A DNA stretch of 64,000 nucleotides from an uncultured Spirochaetia bacterium. Lineage in GTDB: Bacteria > Oederibacteriota > PGYV01 > Palsa-1178. Numbering within the stretch: the first letter of the stretch is position 1; every line of letters begins with the position of its first letter. Position numbers and translations under genes: made by a program. Under the pieces are notes generated by a model. It did no database searches and was not told the DNA's origin. It saw only the letters and a program-made list of their open reading frames with translations. Of the stretch, positions 10,397-19,276 are shown piece by piece. The stretch is from positions 1,573-65,572 of the forward strand of contig CAZMGF010000005.1 in assembly GCA_964565765.1 (NCBI GenBank), in the 5' to 3' direction.

Positions 10397-11022
10397 TATC
10401 CGATTCCCTTTTTATCTAATAAAGATATGGTTTCGCTGAAAATTTCATTTTCGTTTTTTTTGTCCGTCTGTATTACAAAACAGTTTTTTATTCCGGCGGC
10501 TTCCTTAAGGTAACCGGCCCTCACTTTTTTATGAAAAGCCGCTGTTTCCCTGTCAAGCCTGTCGCTTTTGGAGCGGTTTTTCATCCTTTTTGCCGCCTCA
10601 ACAGGCGAAACATCATAGATAATTGTCAGGTCTTCCTTGAGCCCCGCAAGTGAATATTTATTCAGTTCGGCGATCCAGTTCCTGTCAATTCCCCTTGCGT
10701 ATCCCTGGTAAACAATTGTCGCAAGGTAAAAACGGTCGAGGAGCACGGTAAAACCTTTGTCCAGCAGGGGTTTAAGTTTTTCCTCAACAATCTGCGCCCT
10801 GCAGGCAATATATAAAAGCAATTCTGTTTTTCCGGACATGGAAGTATTTGCCGGATCCAGGATAACTTCCCTTATCTTTTCAGATATGGCCGTTCCGCCA
10901 GGTTCCCTGAGAAGTATTGTTTTGGGGTTTTTCCCCTTCATGTGCGCGTATATCCTGGCAACCTGGGTTGACTTTCCGGCTCCTTCGCCGCCTTCAAAAA
11001 CTATCAGTTTTCCCTTTTTCAA
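10396..11022 (-). CDS. tmk: thymidylate kinase
   Basis: 208 aa with P-loop FEGGEGAGKST and LID-region sequence. Confidence 0.9.
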   Translation of the reverse strand: MKKGKLIVFEGGEGAGKSTQVARIYAHMKGKNPKTILLREPGGTAISEKIREVILDPANTSMSGKTELLLYIACRAQIVEEKLKPLLDKGFTVLLDRFYLATIVYQGYARGIDRNWIAELNKYSLAGLKEDLTIIYDVSPVEAAKRMKNRSKSDRLDRETAAFHKKVRAGYLKEAAGIKNCFVIQTDKKNENEIFSETISLLDKKGIG

Positions 11023-11114
11023 AATTTTCTCCTGTGAAATTTTTGTTCCGGAGGGATATTATACTACAATGCGGGGATAATATGAAGATTAAAAAAGAGA
11101 TGAAACCGTCCTAA

Positions 11115-11540
11115 TTAATACTCTTCAACATCCTGAAACTGCTTTAAAAGCGCTGACTTTATGAGCCCTTTTGCCGGTTCAGTGTAAACCACGACTATAA
11201 ACGGCCCGGCTGTGTATATCGGCTGTGGCTCTGTTTTTGTCCCGTTCTTCCTGTCGTTTTTAAGGTTGTTTATTATATTTTTCAAAAAGAGGCCGTTTCC
11301 ATAGACGCTTATTTTTATTACTAGGTTTTTTCCGGTAGCCGAGACCTCCTCATACATAATATCGCTGCGGTTAACCCGTATATTTTCCACGGGAAGCCCC
11401 TCTTTTTTCAATGTTTGCGCCAGTTCAAAGGCTTTTGAATGGTGTGTTGCGGCCTGTTTTAACAAATACATCGAAGCGGCGGCGATGACTATGACGAGTA
11501 TCGCTATCCAGCCTGATTTTTTCATAAAACCCCTCCCCAT
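11115..11540 (-). CDS. hypothetical membrane-anchored protein
   Basis: 141 aa with one N-terminal TM helix (WIAILVIVIAAASMYLL); no recognisable family. The true start is probably at MKKSG. Confidence 0.4.
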   Translation of the reverse strand: MGRGFMKKSGWIAILVIVIAAASMYLLKQAATHHSKAFELAQTLKKEGLPVENIRVNRSDIMYEEVSATGKNLVIKISVYGNGLFLKNIINNLKNDRKNGTKTEPQPIYTAGPFIVVVYTEPAKGLIKSALLKQFQDVEEY

Positions 11541-11847
11541 TTATCGGGCCGACATATAAGTCGGACCCTGCAAGAACCCGCAAGTATGGCAGGCGGGACT
11601 TTTTTTAAGGCCTGACCGTCCAACAATAACCAGCGTGTAAATTATGCAAAGGCAAAACTATAATTCTCAGGTGTTTCCTTCGTGGCTGCCTCAAGCTAAA
11701 TTTCGGACGGCAGCGCCGTAAAAAAGTTCCGCCTGCCATGCTTTAGCCGCAGCAATCAGTCTTCGTCTTTGACTTCGACGAACATGGGCAGCGGCTCTAC
11801 AGGTTTTCGGGCGGCCACATGGGGCCGCCCCTACAGGGAACCATGTA

Positions 11848-12207
11848 TTATTTTACCTTCATTGCCCCTTTACAGTATTTCTCAATCTCTTTCCAGTTTT
11901 CGTGGCTGCTTTTGAGCTCTTCCCAGTACGGAAAGGTCCTGCACTGTTCCGGCCTTGCCTCGTAGACCGTGCATTTTTTATCTTTCCAAAAAACGCAGCC
12001 TCCTGAATATGGCATATTTAATATAAACTGGCGCCATACTTTTTTCATATGTTTTGCCTTGAAGGCGTTAAAATCCATCCCTAAAAGCGCGGCTATTTTT
12101 TTGCCCTCATCCTGGGTGAGGAACACCTCGCCCGGGACAGCGCAGCATGTGCCGCACTTCAGGCATTCAAAGTCCCTTTTTTTTGCCTCGAAATCCCTGT
12201 CCGCCAT
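11848..12207 (-). CDS. YkgJ-family cysteine-cluster protein (putative zinc/iron-chelating CxxCxxCC domain)
   Basis: 119 aa with CLKCGTCC and a later C..C pattern, characteristic of UPF0153/YkgJ. Confidence 0.65.
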   Translation of the reverse strand: MADRDFEAKKRDFECLKCGTCCAVPGEVFLTQDEGKKIAALLGMDFNAFKAKHMKKVWRQFILNMPYSGGCVFWKDKKCTVYEARPEQCRTFPYWEELKSSHENWKEIEKYCKGAMKVK

Positions 12208-12526
12208 TTTTCCCCTTTTTACCGCAGGCCGCTATTAATTTTTCCTTCGCGGCCCTGCCTGATTTTTTTATAGCATGTTCCCTTTTAAGGGCGCCTCCGA
12301 CATCAAATCCCTCTTCCACATAATCGAGAGCCGCCGGCCTGCGCGCCGGTATGATGTACCTGGCCCCTTTTCCACTGTTGTGCGCGGCGATTCTTTTTTC
12401 AACATTATTTGAGATGCCGGTATATAGAGTGTCGTCGGCACAGCGCAAAATATAAACGGACCAGTTCTTTTTCTTTGGCACAAGGGGCCTCCGTGCTGTA
12501 AAAACTTTAGCCGCAGCAATTACCAT
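12167..12526 (-). CDS. GIY-YIG nuclease family protein (YhbQ/UPF0213-like)
   Basis: Core SVYILRCADDTLYTGISNNVEKRIAAHNSG matches the GIY-YIG motif. The ORF start is unclear: there is no ATG near the conserved N-terminus. It overlaps the ykgJ-like gene by about 40 nt. Confidence 0.6.
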   Translation of the reverse strand: MVIAAAKVFTARRPLVPKKKNWSVYILRCADDTLYTGISNNVEKRIAAHNSGKGARYIIPARRPAALDYVEEGFDVGGALKREHAIKKSGRAAKEKLIAACGKKGKNGGQGFRGKKKGL

Positions 12527-12532
12527 TCTATT

Positions 12533-13447
12533 TTAAAATATGTCCGGCCTTACTGATGTTTTTTTAATGCTGTACGGGCTGTCAAGGCACACTTCTTTTG
12601 CCCAGCCCCACAGCGTCGCGAATTTCCCATCCTTTGTCATATCCATAAGGTTGCCGTGCAGATTTCCCGGCCCCCATTCCCATGCCAGCCAGCCTGTCGA
12701 GGCCCTGTTGCATTCGGTAATTATAGTTTCGTAGCATATCAACCCTTTATTATCAATGCCCGCGACGGCGAACTCCCCTACGACAAGGGGTATTTTTAGT
12801 TTTGCCGATTTGCGTATAGCCTCTTTTACCCTGCCGGCATCGCCGTCGTTCCACCACATATGTATCGAAAATATGAGGTTTTTCAAAGGGTCCTTTGATA
12901 CCAGATATTTCCAGTTCTTATATATATAATCCATGCCCGTTCCCCACGCCGCGGCGTCAATCATCACAGGCACGCGTATGCCGGAGCGCCTCATTTTCCG
13001 TACAGCCGAGGAATATCTTTTCCTGAACTCGGCGCCGCTTACCCTGTCATTTCCTATTTCATTTCCGTAATTAATTATCAGGTAGTTTTCATATTTTTTT
13101 ATAACGCCGAGCATTTCAGCGGAGGTCCAGTACGCCGTGGCCGACTTAAAAACCCCGGCGTCCCACACTCCGGTAAAATCATGTATTTCAATTATCGGCG
13201 CCATTTTTCTTTTTATACAGTTGCCTATCGCGATATCAAGGCCCCGTACAGTGCCGTCTTTAATTGACCAGACTATCCTTACCGCGTTGGCGCCGGTTTT
13301 TTCAATCTCTTTGAACGAAGGCTCGCCGTCGGGGTCGAGCCACACAATCATTTTATTGACCCCGCGTATTATAAATTCTCCGCCGGTGCCGTCGTATATT
13401 TTGCTTTCCTTAACTTTAAATCCCTTATATTCCTCTTTTACCGCCAC
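12533..13447 (-). CDS. glycoside hydrolase, clan GH-A TIM barrel (GH5/GH26-like mannanase or cellulase)
   Basis: 304 aa with NE(I)G acid/base-like and GEF(A) nucleophile-like motifs, plus aromatic WW/WEWG patches typical of beta-glycanases. Confidence 0.5.
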   Translation of the reverse strand: MAVKEEYKGFKVKESKIYDGTGGEFIIRGVNKMIVWLDPDGEPSFKEIEKTGANAVRIVWSIKDGTVRGLDIAIGNCIKRKMAPIIEIHDFTGVWDAGVFKSATAYWTSAEMLGVIKKYENYLIINYGNEIGNDRVSGAEFRKRYSSAVRKMRRSGIRVPVMIDAAAWGTGMDYIYKNWKYLVSKDPLKNLIFSIHMWWNDGDAGRVKEAIRKSAKLKIPLVVGEFAVAGIDNKGLICYETIITECNRASTGWLAWEWGPGNLHGNLMDMTKDGKFATLWGWAKEVCLDSPYSIKKTSVRPDIF

Positions 13448-13504
13448 TTCAGCCGGACCTCCTTAAATAAATATTTCAGTTATTATATCACACTTTTCCA
13501 TATA

Positions 13505-13539
13505 AATAAAAAAGGGCCGGAATTTCTTCCGGCCCTTTT
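13505..13539 (-). terminator. rho-independent terminator downstream of rpsI
   Basis: GGGCCGG...CCGGCCC stem followed by a T-run on the minus strand. Confidence 0.7.
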
Positions 13540-13555
13540 GATATATCGCGGGAAC

Positions 13556-13942
13556 TTATCTCTTCGAGAATTGGTAGCTTCTTCTTGCTTTCATCTTTCC
13601 GTATTTCTTTCTTTCTACCATTCTGGAATCCCTTGTGAGGAATCCGCCCTTTGACATGGTTGCCTTTATTGTCTCATCAAGCTTTGCCAGGCACCTTGCC
13701 AGCCCCATCCTGATGGCGCCGGACTGCCCTGTTTTTCCGCCGCTGCTCACTTTCGCGACAATGTCTATTTTCGATACCATACCGCAGGCCTCAAGCACCT
13801 GCATTATGTGATCCCTGTGTGTTCCCCTTGGAAAATATTCCTTTATATCGCTGTCGTTAACAGTAATGCTGCCCGAGCCCGCGCTGATCCAGACCTTGGC
13901 TATGGCGTTTTTCCTTCTGCCTGTCGCGTATTGTGTACTCAA
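13556..13942 (-). CDS. rpsI: 30S ribosomal protein S9
   Basis: 128 aa; GGKTGQSGAIRMGLARCL and C-terminal ...RRSYQFSKR match uS9. Confidence 0.95.
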   Translation of the reverse strand: MSTQYATGRRKNAIAKVWISAGSGSITVNDSDIKEYFPRGTHRDHIMQVLEACGMVSKIDIVAKVSSGGKTGQSGAIRMGLARCLAKLDETIKATMSKGGFLTRDSRMVERKKYGKMKARRSYQFSKR

Positions 13943-13962
13943 TTTTTAAATCCTCCTGGACT

Positions 13963-14388
13963 TTACTTTAATGGTTCGGGTTTCATTGCCGCGTGCGGAT
14001 GCTCGCCGCCTTTGTAAACCCTTAATTTTGTAAGAATCTTGTCCCCGAGCCTTGTCTTGGGCAGCATGCCCTTCACAGCAATCATGATAACCTTTTCCGG
14101 GTACCTTTCAAGCAGTGAGGTGAATTTCTCTTCCTTGAATCCGCCCGGGTAATTTGAGTGCGACTGATAAACTTTTTTCTCGGCTTTTTTGCCGGTCAGC
14201 CTTACTTTGGACGCGTTTATTACTATTACATAATCTCCTGTGTCGGCATGCGGGGTAAAAATAACTTTTTTCTTGCCCCTTATGGTATCGGCCACTTTTG
14301 TGGCCAGCCTGCCTAAAACCATGTCTTTGGCATCAATGATATACCATTTCCTCTTGATGTCTTCTTCCTTGGCCATAAATGTCTTCAT
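13963..14388 (-). CDS. rplM: 50S ribosomal protein L13
   Basis: 141 aa; N-terminal KRKWYIIDAKDMVLGRLAT is the uL13 signature. rplM-rpsI pair. Confidence 0.95.
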   Translation of the reverse strand: MKTFMAKEEDIKRKWYIIDAKDMVLGRLATKVADTIRGKKKVIFTPHADTGDYVIVINASKVRLTGKKAEKKVYQSHSNYPGGFKEEKFTSLLERYPEKVIMIAVKGMLPKTRLGDKILTKLRVYKGGEHPHAAMKPEPLK

Positions 14389-14488
14389 AACTTAAAAATC
14401 CTCCTGTAATTTAAAACAAAATTCCCTTTGCCCTTTAGGGACAAAAGGATAAAGAATACTATAATAATTAGGGTACATTGTCAAGTAT

Positions 14489-15727
14489 TTATTTTTCTGA
14501 ATTCATTACGGCTTTTACAAGTTCAAGCTGCTCTTTTTTTCCGGGCGCTTCCCCGTCTATTTTGCCCAAGAGGGCCCTTTTAAGCAGTTTTGAATAGACG
14601 GGCCCGGGTTTTATGCCCAACCCGCGCAAATCGGCCCCTGTAAGGTCAGCTTTTATTTTTCCTGTTTTTTCCATAAAAATCCCGATATTATTTTTTATTT
14701 CCTTTCCTTCGGATATAATGGAAAAAAAATAAAGCGCCTCGGGTTCTTTGCCGGCGAGCATAGAATATACGGCGGATCTTTTCTGTCCTTTTATGGATAA
14801 AATTTTTACCGCTGCTTTTAGATCAATCAGGCCGCCTGCCGCCTTTATCCACCTTGAGGCTGACTTTAATCTGCGTAAAGCCGCAGGCGTGGGCGCAATT
14901 GAAAGCATATAAAGCAGCCCGCAATCCAGGCCCGGCGGATTGCCTTTGTGCTTTTTGAGTTTATTAAAAAAAGAGGATGTGATTTTATCCGTTTTTATAT
15001 CCCGGTGTATAGCGCGTGTAATCCCGAATTTTTCAAGTTTAAGCAGCGGCTTTAACGGGTCCGGCTCCGCAAAAAAAAGAAGAAGTTCGTCGCGCAGTCT
15101 TTCACCCGGCGCTCTCCCAAACGCTCCGGCCTTAACGGCCTGCTTTAAGAGCCCTGCGGTTTTTTTCTCCATTTTAAAGCCGAACCTGCCCTCGAACCTG
15201 ATCCCTCTCAATATCCTTGTCGGGTCGTCAAGAAAACTTTTATCATGTATTGCCCTTAATTTCTTTTCTTTTATATCCTTCATTCCCCCGAAAGGATCCA
15301 GCAGTTCTCCCGCCTTTTCCCCGTTGAGCGCTATTGCCATGGAATTTATTGTGAAATCCCTGCGGAAAAGGTCCTTTTCAAGTGTTGTGAATTTTATTTC
15401 CGGAAGGGAGGCCGTATACCTGTATTTTTCGGACCTGGCCGAGGCCACGTCAATCCGCCGCCCGTCCCTGAAAAATACCTTGCCTGTGCCGAACTTTTCA
15501 AAGCCTTTGTAAGCGGCGCCGTTTAAGTCCGCGAGGGCGCGGGCGAAGGCCATTCCGTCCCCTTCGACGGTTATGTCAACATCACCGTCTTTCCCGCCGA
15601 GCATTATATCCCGGACGAGCCCGCCGACAAGCCAGGCTTTTATCCCTCTTTTATCCGCCAGAATAGCGGCTTTTTTGACGAGCGCAAGCGTCTCTCTTTT
15701 TAATTTTAATTCAAGTTTGATATTCAT
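14489..15727 (-). CDS. tRNA nucleotidyltransferase / poly(A) polymerase family protein (CCA-adding enzyme-like)
   Basis: 412 aa with a pol-beta-like head domain (GGLVRDIMLG.KDGDVDI, RRDFTINSMA). Confidence 0.8.
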   Translation of the reverse strand: MNIKLELKLKRETLALVKKAAILADKRGIKAWLVGGLVRDIMLGGKDGDVDITVEGDGMAFARALADLNGAAYKGFEKFGTGKVFFRDGRRIDVASARSEKYRYTASLPEIKFTTLEKDLFRRDFTINSMAIALNGEKAGELLDPFGGMKDIKEKKLRAIHDKSFLDDPTRILRGIRFEGRFGFKMEKKTAGLLKQAVKAGAFGRAPGERLRDELLLFFAEPDPLKPLLKLEKFGITRAIHRDIKTDKITSSFFNKLKKHKGNPPGLDCGLLYMLSIAPTPAALRRLKSASRWIKAAGGLIDLKAAVKILSIKGQKRSAVYSMLAGKEPEALYFFSIISEGKEIKNNIGIFMEKTGKIKADLTGADLRGLGIKPGPVYSKLLKRALLGKIDGEAPGKKEQLELVKAVMNSEK

Positions 15728-15766
15728 GCGGGCATTATACCGTGAAAAAGCGTGGTGTTCAATTAA

Positions 15767-16984
15767 CTAATTCTTAATTTCCCTTTTAAGCACAAAGAAA
15801 ACTCCCATAGCCGCGGCCTGAAGCGCTACCGTCATCACGCACAGGGCCGGCACGGACTTCTCGTAAAGCAGACCGGCAATGTAGCCGCCCGCGAGCAGAG
15901 CCAGTCCGTAGGAAAAATTAAATATGCCGTAGCCGGTTCCCCTTTTTTTTATGGGGGTTATATCCGCTATGGCGGCCTTCATAATGGTTTCATGGCCGCC
16001 CATGACAATGCCCCACAAAACCGCCGAAACAAGGGCAAGGGCCGGGCTCTTTGTAAAAGCGAAAAAAGGAATGGCTGCGGAAAGCAGCGGAAGGGCAATA
16101 AGCGTCGCCAGCCCGGCGCCGTGGTGGCTGTTTTTTTCTTTCAGCCTGTCGTACCACATGCCGAATACATAGGCGGCTCCGCCGTCAACTGCCATGGCAA
16201 TGGCGTAAAAAACCGGTATCATGGCGTCGCTGATTACATTATTGGCCTTAAAATGGAAACCTATTATGGCAAAGCTTACAAAACCGAAGGCGGTGATGAA
16301 TGAAAATATATTATAGATCCAGAACGTCTTAGTTATCCTGTCGGGTTCGCCCGGTTTTTTCGGCGGTTCGAGTTTTGCCGGGTCCGGCACCTGAAAATAA
16401 GCTATAACAGCGAATATCATAACAAGCGCGAATGGTATCCAGAACAGGCCGTAAGCGTGCCTGTAATCAACCGCGTGCTTTAACCCTCCGCCTGTTAAAT
16501 AAAAGTAAGCCGAAAAAATAAGCGGGCCGCAAAGCGCTCCAATCTGGTCAAGCACTTCCTGAATGGCAAACCCTTTTCCCGTGCCTATATGTTTTGCCGC
16601 GCTTGAGACTATTGAATCCTTTGCCGGGGCCCTGATGCCCTTTCCCAGCCTCTCAGCGACCATCAAAACAGCCGCAACCTGCCATACTCCGGTAAGTGAG
16701 AGCATCGGCACCGCGACAATGAGGCCGTAACCGACAAAGGTAAATATCCAGTATGCCTTTGTTTTGTCGGCAAAATAACCCGAAACCAGCCTTAGAGCAT
16801 ACCCGAAAAATTCCCCCAGGCCGGCGATTAACCCGACTGTGGCGGCGTTAACAGCCAGCGTATTAAGGTACGGCCCGTTAACGCTTCGCGCCCCCTCGTA
16901 AACAACATCACCGAAAAGGCTCACAAGCCCGAAAAATATTATAAGTTTAAGCGCCTTTTTTGAATCCGCCGCTGTTTCCTGCAT
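15767..16984 (-). CDS. MFS transporter
   Basis: 405 aa with about 12 predicted TM helices and an MFS-like loop motif. Adjacent to GH2. Confidence 0.75.
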   Translation of the reverse strand: MQETAADSKKALKLIIFFGLVSLFGDVVYEGARSVNGPYLNTLAVNAATVGLIAGLGEFFGYALRLVSGYFADKTKAYWIFTFVGYGLIVAVPMLSLTGVWQVAAVLMVAERLGKGIRAPAKDSIVSSAAKHIGTGKGFAIQEVLDQIGALCGPLIFSAYFYLTGGGLKHAVDYRHAYGLFWIPFALVMIFAVIAYFQVPDPAKLEPPKKPGEPDRITKTFWIYNIFSFITAFGFVSFAIIGFHFKANNVISDAMIPVFYAIAMAVDGGAAYVFGMWYDRLKEKNSHHGAGLATLIALPLLSAAIPFFAFTKSPALALVSAVLWGIVMGGHETIMKAAIADITPIKKRGTGYGIFNFSYGLALLAGGYIAGLLYEKSVPALCVMTVALQAAAMGVFFVLKREIKN

Positions 16985-17026
16985 TTAAGCCTCCATTGCC
17001 CTTTTAATCCACCGGGCATCCGTTCT

Positions 17027-19195
17027 TTAGCGGTAAACCCCGCTTAACCTCTCCGTTACCTCAAGCTCATAGGAATTTTCAGCGAATAATTTTCCGGCCG
17101 CGTTGTAAAGTTTTAATTCAATCCTGCCCATGCCGGACTTTATGTCATAAGGTATCGTAAAAGGATCCGCCTCGAATGACTCAAGCGGCTGCCCCTGGAA
17201 GGGATAAATTACCGAGTCCGCCGGTATATCTTTTAGTTTCTTTTTTTCTTTTTTATACTGCCTTCCCGCAGCGTCAATAAGGGCGAGCTCCGCAGTCACA
17301 TTCTTTTGCGCCTCCGGAAGGTCATTTATCACAAAAAACGAATCCCAGAGCACTCCCCAGCTTATGCGCTCGCCCTTTGATTTTGTTTTCCTGACCAGCC
17401 TGTATCCCGGATATACCGGCTGCATAGCGGTCTTTAACGCGAAATAGCCCTTCTTCGGCAGCCTGTAATAATCCACAACCGCCCATGTAATCGAGGGCCA
17501 GCATTCGCAAAACATAAAATGAAGGATGCCGTTTAAAAACTTATACCGCGCGAGCCTGAATGTCTCTGTGTGGGCCTTTATTATATCCGCCTGGTAAGTC
17601 TGGGAATTTTCTATAAATTCCTCAAGGCTGTCCCCCATTTTTATCCTGGCAGTGTTAAAGGTCTGCTCCGGCTGGAAGTCGTGGTATTCCCACACGTCCC
17701 ATTTCGGCGGCCATAGGTCCTCCGGAGCCATCATTTTTTCCATGGTCTCAAGGCACGGCAGCGCCTCGGCGCCGTATTCCGATATTATAAAACGTTTTTC
17801 CGCGTTTACCGTATCCAGATAAAAATTCTCCGGCGTATTCTCATAATACCAGCCCGGATAATAATGCTGTGTAAAATCCGATGCCTTTTCTATATAGCGG
17901 ACCGGATCCTCCTCGCGCGCCTTTATATACAGCACCGGATCAAGCTGTTTTTCGCTCACAAATGGCTCATTGTGGCAGCACCAGAAAGATATCGAGGGCC
18001 TGTTGTAATGGAGGTTTATCATGTCCTTTATCTGCGAGACGGCGTTCTCCATGAACGTCTCGCTGGTTTCATACCCCCACTGAAGCGCGAAGTCCTGCCA
18101 TACCATCAAACCCGCCTTATCCGCTTCATAATAGAGTTCCTTGCGGTTCACGTGCGCGTGTATCCTTACCATATTTATATTGGCCTCTACGAGCATCTTA
18201 ACGTCCAGGGCGGCTTTTTTGGAATTGTATTCGGAAAGCATCTGCGTAGGAATTATATTGGTCCCGCGTATGAAAAACCTCTTTCCGTTAAGGTACCATG
18301 CCTTATCTTCGGCCTTTTTGAATTCCCTGATGCCTGAAATATCCGCGTACTCGTCCTTTATGGCCCCTGATTTTACAGTATACGTAAATTCATAAAGATT
18401 CGGGGCGCCGAAATCCCATGTCCACCACAGCGCCGGGTTTTGCATGTCGGCATGAAGAAAAATTGTATTCGTTCCCGGCTTGAGCGTTATTTCCCTTTTT
18501 AATGTTTTCGAAACGCCTTTGAAATTAAAGGGCTTTATTATCCCTGAAACTGATGCGTCCACATTATTTCCGGAAAAATTGTTTATAATAAGTTCGGAGC
18601 CCACGTTCCATACTCCGTCATCCTTTAAGAGCGGTGTGATTTTTACCCTTTCTATCTCCAGCATGTCGCTTGATTCAATATATACGTCGTTCCAGATTCC
18701 GCCCGTGTTCATGTTCTGCCCGTGCTTCTTGTCCCAGGAACCAGGCCTCGCGTCATGGTGGTTAAAAATCCCCTTTATAAGGTATTTTGCGTTCGGCCAG
18801 ATATCTGTCGATTCCTTCGGCGCGTTCACCTTTACCCGGATATTGTTCTTTCCTGTTTTTATGTTTCCTGTCACATCAAAGCGGAATTTCTGGAAATAAC
18901 CCTCATGGGAACCCGCCGCCCTGCCGTTAAGCGAGGCTTCGCAGAAATAATCCACCCCTGTAAATACAAGAAAATATTTTTTGTCCGGCTGCTTTTTAAA
19001 GGTGAACTCCCTGCTGTATTCGGCTTCGCCCGAGATGTCAAAACCGGCGGAGTACCAGTTCAAGGGTACGGTAATCTTCGCCTTCTTGTCCTGATACAAA
19101 AAGTTCCACCTGCCGTTCAAGCTTGTTTTTTTCTTCATATATTCTCCTTGGCTGGCGCCGGTTTTAAATAAATAAATTGTTATAATTTTATACAA
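17027..19195 (-). CDS. glycoside hydrolase family 2 (beta-mannosidase/beta-galactosidase-like)
   Basis: 722 aa; N-terminal sugar-binding domain pattern (NGRWNF..., WNDVYIESSD) followed by a TIM-barrel catalytic region. Confidence 0.7.
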   Translation of the reverse strand: MYKIITIYLFKTGASQGEYMKKKTSLNGRWNFLYQDKKAKITVPLNWYSAGFDISGEAEYSREFTFKKQPDKKYFLVFTGVDYFCEASLNGRAAGSHEGYFQKFRFDVTGNIKTGKNNIRVKVNAPKESTDIWPNAKYLIKGIFNHHDARPGSWDKKHGQNMNTGGIWNDVYIESSDMLEIERVKITPLLKDDGVWNVGSELIINNFSGNNVDASVSGIIKPFNFKGVSKTLKREITLKPGTNTIFLHADMQNPALWWTWDFGAPNLYEFTYTVKSGAIKDEYADISGIREFKKAEDKAWYLNGKRFFIRGTNIIPTQMLSEYNSKKAALDVKMLVEANINMVRIHAHVNRKELYYEADKAGLMVWQDFALQWGYETSETFMENAVSQIKDMINLHYNRPSISFWCCHNEPFVSEKQLDPVLYIKAREEDPVRYIEKASDFTQHYYPGWYYENTPENFYLDTVNAEKRFIISEYGAEALPCLETMEKMMAPEDLWPPKWDVWEYHDFQPEQTFNTARIKMGDSLEEFIENSQTYQADIIKAHTETFRLARYKFLNGILHFMFCECWPSITWAVVDYYRLPKKGYFALKTAMQPVYPGYRLVRKTKSKGERISWGVLWDSFFVINDLPEAQKNVTAELALIDAAGRQYKKEKKKLKDIPADSVIYPFQGQPLESFEADPFTIPYDIKSGMGRIELKLYNAAGKLFAENSYELEVTERLSGVYR

Positions 19196-19276
19196 TAAAT
19201 ACCTTTATTTTACAAGGGATTTACGCAAGAACATCATATGGTTTGTTTCATGTGAAAAGTAAGTATTAAAACGTGT

